63,879 nt of DNA, filler included, from Phoronis australis (GCA_002633005.1; 5 parts of 5 records of this genome joined end to end with filler, not necessarily neighbours in it), one strand, 5' to 3'. Positions 48,895 to 62,290 are shown, counted from the first letter of the whole stretch. Notes: generated from the letters alone by a model not told the origin. Made by a program: numbers and translations.

Positions 48895-50688
48895 GTAAGT
48901 CATGTAATACTAGCTTTGTTGATGGAGCCTTGGAGGCGTGGTCTGGAGTTTCATTTTCACAACTTTGAAAGTTGGCGTTACCTCTCTTAATGCTTCCCTT
49001 ATGTTTAAAGACGACCGAAACTGAACGCAGGCCATTTTCCAATCACCGGCAAAATAATTTGTATTTTTAGAATGTTGCCATGCCAATTTGGCGTCTGTTA
49101 TGGGGTGGGGGCGCAGTGTTTTATTGTGTTCCAAACCTGGAGTTCGCAATATAATTAGGGCGGAAAATGGACAGAAATTTGTGATACTTGCACCAGTGTT
49201 CGCTGGAGGCCACGTTTTAGCGTTATTTGACTCAAGTATGAAGAGTAAAAGCTGAAACAGTCTCTCGTTAGGTGGGGTTGGACGCTTTTTTCCATAGGGC
49301 CTACCGAATTTCCATTTCTTGATTATCTTGTTATACTTTCCGTGGGAGCCACTTAAGTTCTCACCATATTCTCCAATATACAGATTTTACATAGTTTTGT
49401 GTTCGCATTTACTACTAAGTCAACATTATTGCACTACGCTAACTGTGGTACCTCATGGAACAATTCCAAAGTAATGATTTCGGGACTGCTTGTCCCCCAA
49501 GAATTGGACCCAAATTTTTGGAAGCTGGGTCCAGCGGATAACGTGTTGGAAGTAAAGGGCGCACAGTTTATGTAGATGGCTTTGCCAGCTTGTTGTCATG
49601 CATATTGCATGCATTTTGTGATGAATGCTAAATGCCGCAGTTTTCAAGGTTGTCGACACATTCACTTTATCATCATGACGCCATTTAGTCGTTTGTCAAT
49701 GAAGCCAACGTGATTTCTAAAACAATATACACAAGTATAGCCCTCGTACAATGTAACTATGAAGTCAGTTTGGCATTTGTCTCTAGGCGTAGCACACACA
49801 TTGGAGGTCAAATATTTACCGCTGGTTTGATCGAGTAAAGCAAACACAGGCCCGTTTTCATCGAAACGAAAACAGCTGTGCGAAAAATGTATTGAATGAC
49901 TGTTGTATAAACAATCTGGACTGGTGCAGTATTGACCATTTTGAACACATGGGAAACAAAAAAAAAACTAGTAGTAGAAATTGACCTGAAATCCAATCTC
50001 ATAATTATTGTACGCCTGCTCTAGACTATCACTATACGGTTTCGTAAGCCGACTTAGTACACCGATGTCCCAGAAATTTGGAAAACTACCATAACGTTGC
50101 TAACTAAACCGGGAAACTAAGTGCACCAAACCAATCTTGATTCATGAAACCATTTTACAAAATTGTAATAGGCGTACTAGACCGTGTTCAGTGCCACTAT
50201 TTTGCTTTTTTAACCATTGCGGTCATAAAAGCTATGCTTACCGCTTTCTCTGTGTTCGTAGATCATTGGAATTGATTGACGTGCTAGGTTTTAACAGGTC
50301 GTTTGAATTACTGCATGTATCTCAAAGCGGCAATCATTTTGCTGTGCATTAAACTTCGACGAAACATTCATTTCTTGATGTGAGAGCTACAGTGTACCAC
50401 AAAACGTCGCCATGGAAGTGCATGCGCGCTTCTGAGCTCAGATGCATGGAAACGTGGACATGAAGCAACGAAGCGATACGTACACGTTGCTCATCACCTA
50501 TGTCACTCTTTGTTTGGTTTTTATTTCCCACAAACTCTATGCCCGCTTGCTAGAGTTCACTCACCCGTAGCCCGACAATTAGTATTGCGCATGCTCACCA
50601 TGTCTACAATGAATTGCAAATGAAACGGAATCAAGACTTGCGACATGATTCAGTGATGCTTTAATTCTTGGAAAAGGTGTGTCTAACG

Positions 50689-50814
50689 CATGAGCGGCGG
50701 GCTATAGCCCCCACTTTGTTTCAGTGCTGTGCTGCACATGGTCTATAGGCGGTGCACCACAGGGGGGCTGAAGGGGCTTTAGCCCCACTTTTTTCAGTGC
50801 TGCGCCGCCAATGT
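50689..50814. mobile_element. GC-rich MITE family A; inverted copy at 54731-54897
   Basis: Shared core catggtctataggcg(g/a)tgcaccacagggggg, in opposite orientations. Confidence 0.75.
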
Positions 50815-51532
50815 GATGGCGCGGCTGGGGTAGATTTTTCTGTAGACGTAGAATACAGTCATGTATTTACATATAGCCTGGTCCTATACTAACTGAGAGA
50901 CTGGCCTAAGCGAATCCATTCTCACTTGCGATTCTTCGTGCAACATGAAACGCGGAGAGCTGGCCCTCTTGAAAAAGAACCCGCAAGAAGACGAGGAGTG
51001 ATCTACTTAAGTATGACCTAGAAATTTAATTAGATGGCGTTCGGTTACAGCAGAACCTCTAGGTCATACCCGCCGAGCAGTAGTACGTAGCTAGCAAATA
51101 CGCAGCACTGTTGCAACGGTTTTGACTTACTTACGGTTTATTCTGAAGAAGGTTAGGGCAGTTAAGCAGCTAGACTCCGGTCTATTGACTACGTTCATAA
51201 CTTATCAGCAAACTGTGTTATATGTTTTTCAAGGACGCGAAAGTGAACTCTAACTGGTTAAGCTATTCAGTAAGTTTACAAATTTAAAAAATCGGTTTAT
51301 TTCAATCAGAAAATAGGCTAGTGAGTGCCTTATTCATAATGTCTATATGGGCAGTTAGCCCGCGACCCCAATCTTGATGGAAGTCGTAAACTGTAAAATA
51401 AATTCTGAAGACTTGCTGCCGGACAATTTCAACATGGCCGCTAAACGTTCACCTAGAACAGAAGGACACGGTTCCTCTTACACCACAGTCAGCTGTCACT
51501 CGGCAGTGGCAGCGCCTATACTCGCTGGAGTC

Positions 51533-51786
51533 CATGCTTGCACCCAGCTCGTAAAAATGAAGGGCTCGAATTTTTTAGAATGATTTTACTAAGATTCACA
51601 GGGTACGTTCAGAGCTATGAATTGTGCATTCGCTGAATTTTCGTAGTTCTTGTCTTTTTAGTAGACATTTGTCTCGTCTACATTTTCCGAGTGTTTGTTG
51701 CTCTGATGCGGACCTTTTTGCCCACTTCACCAAATGTGGGGGGCTCCTCCCCCGAACCCCCCCCCCCCTGCATGGGTGCGCGCATG
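51533..51786. mobile_element. MITE family B (CATGC..GCACCCA...TGGGTGCGCGCATG) with GAGTC on both flanks; inverted copy at about 53226-53492
   Basis: TIRs, a 5-bp flanking direct repeat, and internal homology to the second copy. Confidence 0.75.
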
Positions 51787-53225
51787 GAGTCAGTTCAGCG
51801 CAGCACTGATAAAAATGTTTTTGCCCTAAATGAAGATACATTTACTAACCAAACACGCGAGTGAATCATGCAAAATAATTATGTAACTGGAAGCATTTTT
51901 ACGAATTGATCACCGTATTTTGAAGTTTTCATCGTAGATGTTCTTTTCATTTGAACTTCACAAGAATTCGCAGTTCCAAACTCATTAAAGAAACTTGTTC
52001 GCGTTGAAAAGAGCATTTCCCAAAAACGCCCCCTTTGTATGCTTTCCCTCCTGATCTCATTGACTGAACCAGAAGGCTATTTTCGTTTTCGTATATGGAT
52101 AACATGCCTTTCGCACCGCCCTCGTGTTACCTGGTTGGCGCTGCAAACGTCAATAATTTCTGGTGTGTATGCAATCCTTGCTGAACAACATAAGTCTGCT
52201 GCTCCAAAATAAGGTAGAGTGGACAGCTTACATAGTGACACAAACCCGGTTCCGATTGGACTTCAACTGGTTCGCGGCATACTTACATGTATGTATCGCT
52301 CTGTGGCGGCAAAGCACCGATCACTTCGCGACTATCTTCAACACACGCCATCACGTAGCTGATTCTAAGTTCGCCATTTTTTCTCTATTTCGCTGACGAA
52401 AAGACGGCGCTGCTGGGTTCGAGGTTCATTTCAGAATTTTCCCGGTTTCGTCGGTATTAACGAATAAAAATTTGCTTGGAGTGTGAAGTCGTAGTGTTTT
52501 TAATAAGCCAGTCAAAAGCGGCTGCGCTTGCCTACCATTGGCTAGTGCATTTGGCTAGTGAACTAGTGTTATAATACTAGTGAAAAATAGGCAAGAAAGT
52601 GTGCTGAAAATGACTGCATTTAATTGGTTCAATTTTGACAATGTGTCGCAAATAGCGACATTTACGTTGCAGCGGATCAAGTTTGCTAGGGAGAGATTCA
52701 TGAAAAGAATCCTACTTGGACACCCTCACCCGTCGAGGTTGGGCAACTCGACTGGTTTGCGTACCTCAGAATCTGCCGGTTTGGACCAAAGACACCATGC
52801 TGTTATGTTTAATGAAGTCGCCTGAGAAAGCTAATGTTATCGTTCTCTAGATAACGAGACTCATCATAAAAACTTTGGGGGCGGCAATAATATTTTAAAT
52901 TTTCGTTTTGAAACTAAATGTGAATAGCATGTTTGAATAGTTCGTGAAAAGCAAACGTGATAATGTTTTTTTTTGAAAATTGGAACAGAAAACTGACTTC
53001 TACAACATAAAACGTTTGTTTAATGTTGCAATAAAATTTTCCTTATTAATTCTGCTGGGTGTGCAACATATTTGGGCCAATTAGCAAACCACCAAGCAGC
53101 AGCTGGATTTTGCGGTAAGCCAAGTGTCATCATACAATTCTTGGCGTGCTGAGAACACGTTGATATTTCGTCATGCACACCTTAGTTTTTCTTTATGGGC
53201 TAGCCCTAGCATCACGACTGGGTTT

Positions 53226-53492
53226 CATACGCCCACCCGAGGGGCCTGGGGGGGGGGGTTGCTCGAACGAGTCTCACCCCATTTGGCGAAGTGGGCACAA
53301 AGGTCCGCCTCAAAAAAAAACGAAAAGTCCGAAAAAGTAGAAAAAGAGACACAAGTCCACTAAAAAAGCAGGAACTTCCAAAATTCGGCAAATGCATAAT
53401 TTATAGCTGTGAACGTACCCCGGTAATTTTTAGTAAAAGGTCCACGTTCTCAAAATTCGAGCCCCCATTTTTGTAGGCTGGGTGCGCGCATG
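53226..53492. mobile_element. MITE family B, copy 2
   Basis: Reverse-complement homologue of 51533-51786. Confidence 0.72.
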
Positions 53493-54730
53493 GGTCACAA
53501 CGGTTTATTTGGGCGTCGCAACTATAGTTAGTAACCTACAGTGTACAAGTGCAACTGTAGACTTTGCAAACAAGCAAACAACAGGTGTGTTCTAAGCGGT
53601 TTCTATACCTGTACCGGCATATCTGTAGCTACTGATTAACAGGCAGGTCACGTGTTAAATGCCGCAAATTCTCGAAAATGACTGAATAATGACTAAATCT
53701 ACTCCGTCGGGTGTCGTATACAGTGAATGTCTACCAGATGAACTGACGTTCTAACTGAAAGCCACATCGTGAGCCCACAAGACACGACTCATCATCTGCA
53801 TAGGAAAAGGTTTATACGTGCTTGTTTGCGAATCAGTTGAGATTTGAAATTTTCAGTTATGCTTAAGCCGCCAAGCTCTGGTGGCCGGCATTGAATTATC
53901 TGAAAAGTTAATTCTGTTATCCAGCACTTTTGTCTCACAGCCAGCTTTTACCTTGACTGTGCTATGGCCTATGCTGATAAGGTCAGAAGGTCACCGTAAA
54001 TCGCCAACCCAGTGAAATAGCTGGTTATGTCAAATGTATACGGTAAAAGCGAAAATCTCCTCACACAGCTCAAGGTTTAAAAATCTATACCGGCAATACG
54101 AGTATGCAACTAAAGACTTGCTATGCAGATTTTGTGAGAAAAGTCCTTGCCGCGAAACCTTTACAATGATGTTTAATAGCCACGTGTACAATGATGGCTA
54201 TCGAGAAGCAATTGAAAGGCAGAAAGCCGGCCCTGGTCTGCCGTGTGATGAGTATTCCATAAAGTATTCTTAGGCTGCACTCTTCTTAAGTGGACAGTGT
54301 AGATGAAAATATTAAAAGACTCATAACTACTTCAACGTAATTGTAATTGCGCTGAAAAACGTCATAAATCAAGAAAATTACACGGGTCAGGTGTACTTTC
54401 ACATCGTTTTCTTCATGACTTAAAAAAAAAAAACATGTCCGAAGTGACCTCCGAGTTTCGACTTTCGAAATAAAAGGTTGTGCTATGTACGTTATGTCAT
54501 TAGTTTTTTGACTGGCCAGTCTCTCAGTATACTACACAATTCCAGGCTGCATAGTACATGACTTCGTGCGATTTTGACCCTTATAGTATCAGTGTAAAAT
54601 GTGGCGCTTTTAATTTGAGATTTCGCCCACCTGGCATGTTTGAGCGATATAAACCATCTGGAATGCTTGAATCATTTGAAATTGATTTCGTAAACATGGA
54701 CATCCAGGCTACCCAGTATGTGGTTATTTA

Positions 54731-54897
54731 CATGGGCGGCGCAGCAATGAAAAAAGTGGGAGCCAGGGGGGAGCTAAAGCCTCCCTCAGCCCCCCTGTGG
54801 TGCATCGCCTATAGACCATGTGCGGCGTAGCACTGAAAAAAGTGGGGGACTATGTCACTATAGCCCCCTCCCAGCCTCCTAAGGTGCGCCGCCCACT
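54731..54897. mobile_element. MITE family A, copy 2
   Basis: CATGGGCGGCGCA...TGCGCCGCCCACT termini. Confidence 0.75.
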
Positions 54898-57258
54898 AGT
54901 AATTGGGTCATAATTAAAACACCCGCTTGTGGTACGTAGCTTATATACAAACACGAATGTGTTCTTGCACTTTGATGTACAATTTATGCATAAACTCTAG
55001 CTAATATTGTGTTTACGTTTTCGAGTATGTGTGCCTGTATGGTTGTGCGTGGCGCTTCATCGTTGTCTAACGATCTGCTCGCGCCGCTAAAGGTGTTTTA
55101 AGCGTATCTAATTAGTAGAGTCACTTGCTAGTGTCTGGCAGACAACGGCAAAAATTGAGGAATTTTAATAAAATCATGCAAAAATTCTACAGATTTTGTT
55201 GTTCTTCAGTTCTCTTAGAAGCTAATAACTCTACCCCGCCCAATGATAAATGCGTTTTTCAACCCATAAACCGTTAACGCCTCTTTGACATGATATTTTA
55301 TTTCTCCACGAATTACAATATTGAGAATTGTAAGTTATCACAATGTAAGAATATACATGTACGCGATAGGTGCGTTGGAATGATCACTATCAAGCCCGCA
55401 GCTCAGCCTGTATTTATATATTTTGACTATAAATTCCGTTCGATTTTTGAGTGAAGTTCTATGTCATTCACTTTGGTGGATATTTAGTTATTGCATCACC
55501 AAGATAACACGTTTGCATTTTCATGTTAAAAGAAAATCAGTTAAAACTAAGTTTTGATTAAATGGAAAATCGAAAGTTCAAATTCAGTCGATGAAAGTTA
55601 TAGCCAAAGTGAAACAAAAATCACAATTGCCATATTTATTGGCTTTGTGATGTTTCGACACTAATACTTCAATTTCCAAACCAAGAGCCCATCTTAGCGT
55701 CCAAACCTTTCCTCCTTTTTTCCCATCAAATTCCCCATTCTACCTCAGTCAACTGTCTACTTAGCCCTCTCCTCCTTACGTTTTGTCGACAGGTGACTGA
55801 GATGTGGGTCAGCATTCTACCTGAGACAATCCCGCATTCGTGTACGCATGCTGGCGAGCTCATATCAAAGATACTGTAAAATCTTTGCTCATATGGCGAC
55901 TGAAGGATTACGCAAAAATTCCGTGACCTCTTGCCTTTCAGTTCAAATTAATTAAGTTTCGACCATGGAAAGGGTTGCTATAGTAACACTCTCAGAAACG
56001 CAGCTGTTGCGGATAAGTGGCGATGCACTTCGCTATGGTTTTTTTGGTGTATATAGTGCATGTCCCGCATTTGAATAATTTGATATATTTGTGACGTGAC
56101 TGATCGTGAGATATGACTCACAAGGACAAATTGAGATGCGTTGATGTAAATGGTCATTATAAGCTGTCCATCAACTTGTAGTTTATTGATAACCAGTGCA
56201 CATCTCGGGCACATACTCGCCGGTCGACTAGTAGACGAACCTTCGCTTAGTCTTTAATTGACCATAAATCTTATTTGTTTTGTTGGCAAACTTATCATCC
56301 CTGTCGGCTGCACATAGTGTAGGCGGGTAACAATTATTTGTTTGTTTTCACCAGTTGGCAAATCGGGATGTCACCCGAATCAGACGGCAAATCTAAGGCT
56401 ACGAACGTCATCAACCTTCTGCAAGTTATGCCTCGCATCGTTTTGTGTATTTGTCGTCCCTACAATAGCCGTGTGTAGATGGCCACCACTCCGCCCTCTG
56501 GTATTTTATAAGTTAACACATTCAAGAGAAAGATTTTATTTTCGCATGATGTCTTCCGAACAGCCCCTGTTGCAAAATGAAGTCTCTGGTTTCCCACTCC
56601 AAAAACACCCATAACAAGCAGTAGTACCGTTACTGACTCTATAACCCTGTCTTCACTCAGAATTTTCATGAATGGATTAATCGATCAGCGCCATTTTGAG
56701 GATCGGGGACGAGGCTGCCTGTACCACTTCGTGTACTTCGTTGCTCGAGAAATTGTGTTGAAACCACTGTCTACACGGCGCTGATTATAGTCGTATGCGA
56801 CAGTCGCAAACGAAGTTGTACGCGACAATTCGATGTGTGAAGACGGGCTGCTCCAAAAGACGTGCACGAAGTCGTATGATATGCGGACGACGAGATATCG
56901 GAATGTGTATTTACTTAAATTCTTAGTCTGGCTGCCTATTACGTAATCGGAATTTAATCTCTCACGGTAACGGGTAATTAGCTCAGTTAGATCGCGATTG
57001 TTGGTATGCAGTTTTATCACGCTGTGGTACGAGTTAACCCCTTGTGATGGCAAACTACATGTAGCACAGAATAGCTATATTTTGCACTTGGCCTACAGGA
57101 TCAATAAAGAGGACATGTTTCAGTCCTGAGGGTTTTGAGAATCAACAAACATCTGGAAGATGCAATTACGTTGAAAATGCTTTGCAATAAACACATATCA
57201 CACGCCAGTAGGATTGACAGTATACCCCAGATTTACAGTCGATGTCACCGCGCAACGA

Positions 57259-57543
57259 CATAGGCGGATCTAAGGGGAGTGACCCCCCTTGGCTGGCGGA
57301 AGCAAAATTAAACAGCAACAGCGTGAGGAAATATGGAGTTCACTAACTAGATCGAGGACGAAGGGGGCTCACGCCCGGGGCGCGGCGGAATCGTGTCGCC
57401 GTTTGTTTTTAGTCCCCCGATAGATTTGGCAACACCAGGGGTCACAACGCAACTTTCGGGGAGCGTGTGTATACGATCACGCTTTGCCCAATTCTTCGAG
57501 GCAACATGTTGGCCCCCCTTATTGTATCCTAGATCCGCCACTG
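57259..57543. mobile_element. GC-rich MITE (CATAGGCGGATCTA...TAGATCCGCCACTG)
   Basis: Terminal inverted repeats. Confidence 0.7.
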
Positions 57544-57555
57544 AACCAGTTCTAC

Positions 57556-58900
57556 TTTTGCTCACCTCCGTGAAGTTATTGACTCGGTGTTTGCCTCAGT
57601 AAGGTGGCGATATGCAATTGATTTTTATTATGCCACCATCTCTGTCTGGGCGTCCGGCGTCCGCGGCTGTATCTCCTAAACACCTTGCAAGATCTTATTG
57701 AAATTTGGCAGGTGTGTTCCGATGGGTTTGACGACAGAGGGCGACGAGTTTCGAACCGACCCGAATACCGCTGTGCCCCCTAGTGGCAATTTTACGGTAT
57801 TTTCAAAGGCCCAACCCGATTTTCGTGAAATATGGCACATAGGCATCTTTTAATGAGTTGACGCTATCCTCAGGTTTTCGGATGGATTTGAGGCATTTTA
57901 CGCCATATAGTGGCCATTATTACTATTTTCGAGTCGTTTTTTTTTGGCGTCTGCCCCTCTAACAACCAAACCACCAGAAGGATTATTGTGAAAATTGGCA
58001 TATATATTCTTACTATGAAGAAGACAGTTAACGATGATTTTCTGACGACTTTGACTATTGTGGTGCCGCCTAGTGGCAGTTTTGTTTGTTTTTGCGCCCA
58101 TGGCTGTATCTCCTAAACGCTCTACAGGATCTTTATTAAATTACGCAATTGTATTTATATGAAGTTGACAACAGACGACTGCGACTTTCGGACGGATCGG
58201 TTTACCGGTGTGGCCCCTAGTGGCAATTAAATTATTTACGTTTACCTCCGTATCTTCAAAGGTCCTTAACGGATTTCCATAAAATTTAGCACATAGACAT
58301 CTATTAGTGAGTTGACGCTAGCCATTGACCTTTGGATTGATTCAAGGTATTTTGCGCCACCTAGTGGCCATTTTTTGTTGTTTTCGAGTCTGTTTTTGGC
58401 GTCCCTCCCTCTGTTAAGTAAACCACTGTAAGGATGATTGTAAAAGTTGGCACTTATGTTCTTTCTATGAAAGGGAGGTTGACGAGTAATTTCCGACGAC
58501 TTCGACTACTGTGGCACCTCCTAGTGGTGGTTTTGTTTTTTTGCACCCATACTTGTATCATCTAAGCCCTCTGCAGGATCTTCATTAAATTTAGCTGGTA
58601 TAAAGTTAACAAAAGAAGACAATAAGTTTTAGACGGATCCCACAAACGCTGTGCCCCAAGAGGCAATTTCATTTTGTTTTTCATTTTCCTCTGTTTCTCT
58701 GAAGTTCCTCCATGAATTTTAATGAAATTTGGTAAATAGCTTTCTTTTAATGAAACGATGACATTTGCTGGTTTTCAGACGGATTCGTCGTATTTTGCGC
58801 CATCTAGTGGCCATTTTGATGATACAAATAAACAACTCTAAAAGCATGCCAATTGCGATGCATTCGTGTGCGCATTTCAACGCTCCGTGTTGCTCTTGTT
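57556..58900 (+). mobile_element. Helentron/DINE-like non-autonomous element with internal tandem units (about 146-bp subunits, about 440-bp superperiod)
   Basis: T-run start, GTCC-type short repeat near 57650, repeated gtatctcctaaac...gaaatttgg units, 3' short hairpin and CTTGTT end. Confidence 0.6.
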
Positions 58901-59521
58901 CACAAGGGAGAACCGTGACAACTTTAAGTAGCATCGTCATAACAATGGTTTACCTATTTATGATGATTTTTTCTTGGCCTCCCTAGCATCATGCGTGTTG
59001 TTAGCCTGCCGGCGTGACGCGCATTAAGGTTTGATGAAGCTGATATCATGAAATACAATACACCTTGTGATTTCAAACTAACGGTTTAGTTGGATTAGTT
59101 TAAACAAAATATTTTGGTAATCAAAGTCGGGTTCCGCGTTGCGTCCAAGCAGCGATGATTTGGCCGACTGTTACCGCTATGAAGTTAGTTTTAACTTGCC
59201 CCAAATTCAGATAAGTAGTGACTTCTTGATTTGGAAAGAATATTGGCAGTTCGTTTGAGACTGGCTCGGCGCTGAAAATGACATGCCTGTCCTCGAGCAA
59301 TAACGAACTGACCGTTCTTTGGGAACCCTTACCTCATTTCCATTTGACAAAGGAACAATGTTAGACCAATTTCATAGCGGTAAGTGTTCTAAATCAATTT
59401 TTTGGTTGCAGATGGGTTTAGAACTACGTAAATACAGTGAGGCATTCATCTACGCTATCACGTATATACACAGTTAATTATATACTGCGCTATAATTCAT
59501 TGCGATCACCAACGCTAAGGG

Positions 59522-59621
59522 NNNNNNNNNNNNNNNNNNNNNNNNNNNNNNNNNNNNNNNNNNNNTTAATTAATTAANNNNNNNNNNNNNNNNNNNNNNN
59601 NNNNNNNNNNNNNNNNNNNNN
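59522..59621. other. Artificial scaffold spacer
   Basis: 44N-TTAATTAATTAA-44N. Confidence 0.97.
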
Positions 59622-60669
59622 TGCTAACGGACATTAGGTAGTATGACAATCGGCACTTATTATGCTTATATTCACGACTTTAGGTCACCGGTGTATATAT
59701 GGGCTGGGAAAAAACAACAATTCGTTAGTTTTCAGTCTAAGTTCATCAGGTCACGACGTAACCAGAAATTTTATGAGGTTGGTCTCAAGAAATAACCAAT
59801 TTCAACGGTAGTGGCCTCAATCAAAATTTGATTTTTGGCAGAATTAATAGGTTTATTGCTGCTTTAATTAGTTCATTCGCGTTTTGTTTTAAAGAGGAGT
59901 TTTAGCCATATTTAACAAATTAAACCAAATTTTCAGTATTTTAAGATTTTTTCTTTTCGCAGTTCTCGCATTCTAGGTCTTCAATTAGTCAGTTGTTTGG
60001 TATGGTTTGGCCTCAGAAATAGGTGTGTTTTGTGTATCGATGCTTCGAAGGACAACGCGCCATGTAAGAAATTAAAATGAACATGTTATTTCCCTAACGC
60101 ACAACACAGATACAGTGTGACGCAATGTCTTTTCCCTGTGCACAATCCGAAACACAGAAAGAGATGGACTGATATTCTCGTTATATGTTGTGCAGACCGT
60201 AGATTTTGAAATCTCTTTTGATTGTTAAAAATGAATAATAAAGTCATGAGCTACAAGCCGGAGTGACCAAACACGCTTTTCGTGCAATGTCAATAAAGCA
60301 ACGTGATTTTAACACAATTTTGCACTTTTTTTGAAAAGTAAGCACATATTCGACGAGGAGAGGGTCAAATCAAAAATGGTTACACAGAGTAACACTGTAG
60401 ACTTTATTTCTTAGTTCTAGTCCAAGCGGATGTTAAATTTTATATCCAGAATGAAATTTCCCACAAAAAATAAAACGCTTTTTGGAAACGTCATTTCATC
60501 GAATAAAAGTGACTCTGAGCCCATAAAGAGTACCCAGTAATGAACAGGAAAAAGAAATGGGCTCTTTCGGACTTTTGCTTCTGAGCTCGTCAGTCTGCAA
60601 GAGAAGTTTGACAAGTGGAGCTTTTGTTGACTAGTGACAAACTGACGGTTCTTTAAAGTAGAACTTCCG

Positions 60670-61555
60670 CGATTGCTTGGTCAGATTGGTTAGAAACACA
60701 ATATATAGTGACGATATGAATATGAAGTAGGTTGAAAATTGCCAACTGTTTTTAAGAATGTGCTTTGTGTCGAAAATGATCCACCGTAAATCAATCAACC
60801 GTATCCAGTAAGTATCCTGACGTGGTGTGAAGAACTACCGGTACCAGTCACTTGATTATCTGAGGTTGATACCAATTTTATAACGGTTGGTGGTGTAAAT
60901 CAAATATCACTTTCTTGAACGGGACCCTGAAAACACTCCGTGCCTCAAGTTCCCAAACTGTACCAGAAGTGCAAAACTGACTTGACGACCCAGCAAACTT
61001 GAAATGCGTTATTTTGCTCAAGGTTCCGATCGATCTGTTCAAGATGACAATCTTTCTCCGATCTCCGAACCGTAGCTTTTTACTTCTTTGAAGTAGTCTT
61101 AACTCAAAAGAGACGGCCGACTCTATCCGAAACGGGCCAGGGTAACATCCAGCAGATCTATTTAAAATGCATTTAGTCTACTTTAGGGTTTGCGTTGGTC
61201 CTCCCAGGGTTAAACGCTACAAACAAACGGTAATTTGTGTTCCTTAGGGCAGCCGAATTTCAATACATTAGGTGATTTTGAATGAGTTCGCTAAGTAGTT
61301 GGTCTGTCGTACATAAACTTGAAATAACACTTAAAATTCAACTTGCAGGCCAATATTCCCCATCTCGTGTGATTGTTTGGTCAAATTAGAAACACAACTC
61401 GCTCATATTCGGTAGTTCACATCGTCGCTATAGTCAGAGCGACGATGTGAACTACTGCTGAATATGAAGTAAGTTAAAAATTGCCAAGCGTTTTTCAGAA
61501 CGAGTTTTGGGTCGAAAATGATCCGCCTTAGATCACTCAACCATGTCCAGTAAGG
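60670..61555. repeat. Diverged direct repeat (about 60670-60812 and 61370-61555); the second copy contains an 18-bp perfect hairpin
   Basis: Shared ttagaaacacaa...gaatatgaagta...aaaattgccaa...gtcgaaaatgatcc...tccagtaag. Confidence 0.75.
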
Positions 61556-61895
61556 ATAGTAAGATACGGGTTATGTGAGCCTCCAACGTACGTCATTAGT
61601 GGAAAACTAAGTCACGCAGTCACCCGCCTCAGTATTGCAGAACTTGTTTTCACATTTACAAGTTGACAATGAACATCTGCACTTTTTAGCGTAAATGATA
61701 TTCAAATAGCGTTGTCTTTTAGACCATGCTATACATTAACATAATTTGGAGCATGCAAATACATCCTTAATCTCAAGATCACGTGCGTGAACTCTGGATA
61801 GAGATTTCCAGTTCACTCAAGATTCCAAGTTCACGGCTTCAGATCAGATTACAAAAGCTCTGCCACCAGATGTCAGGTGTGCGCAATTAATCAAA

Positions 61896-61983
61896 ATGGC
61901 GGAAAGTCAGCGAGAAAAAGCTTTGGCAGATTACAGGAAAAAACTTCTTGAACACAAAGAGCTTGAGGCAAGACTCAAGGAAA
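61896..61983 (+). CDS. PSMC6: 26S proteasome AAA-ATPase Rpt4 (regulatory subunit 10B), first coding exon MAESQREKALADYRKKLLEHKELEARLKE
   Basis: Diagnostic KAL.DYRKKLLEHKE...RLKE motif, AAAATGG start context, phase-1 A|GTAAGT donor. Absent from the ORF track because it is short. Confidence 0.95.
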
Positions 61984-62132
61984 GTAAGTTTAAGAGTAGA
62001 AAATGACATCAGGTGGAATGGAAACAATATTTTTGTGCTGATGTTGTCAACAGTATTCGTCATCCGGATGCCGGCGAGGGCTCATCAGAATGACTCGTCT
62101 GTTTTCATTCATCATGAATTTCATGCGAGGAC

Positions 62133-62290
62133 CAGGGTAGAATGTTCAGTAGCTAGAACCTACGCTAGGGCCTCGCTAAAATCTAGGCAAAATCACGTTT
62201 TCTCGTTTATAATACTCGGTAGTATCTCACATAATCTCGCGAAGTCTTGCTTTTCAACGAGGTCTTTAGCGTTACTGAACTCTGCCCCTG
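62133..62290. mobile_element. About 150-bp MITE, copy 3, in PSMC6 intron 1
   Basis: CAGGG...GTTCAGTA / TACTGAAC...CCCTG ends; homologous to 17904 and 36265. Confidence 0.8.

Noticed and set aside
56546-56614. MMSSEQPLLQNE... as a gene start
   Set aside because: Stops after about 22 codons with no convincing donor or domain.
48807-61983. PARP4-MDM-PLAC8-PSMC6 as a functional gene cluster
   Set aside because: PLAC8 and PSMC6 are separated from each other and from the PARP4-MDM block by artificial spacers, so linkage is not established.
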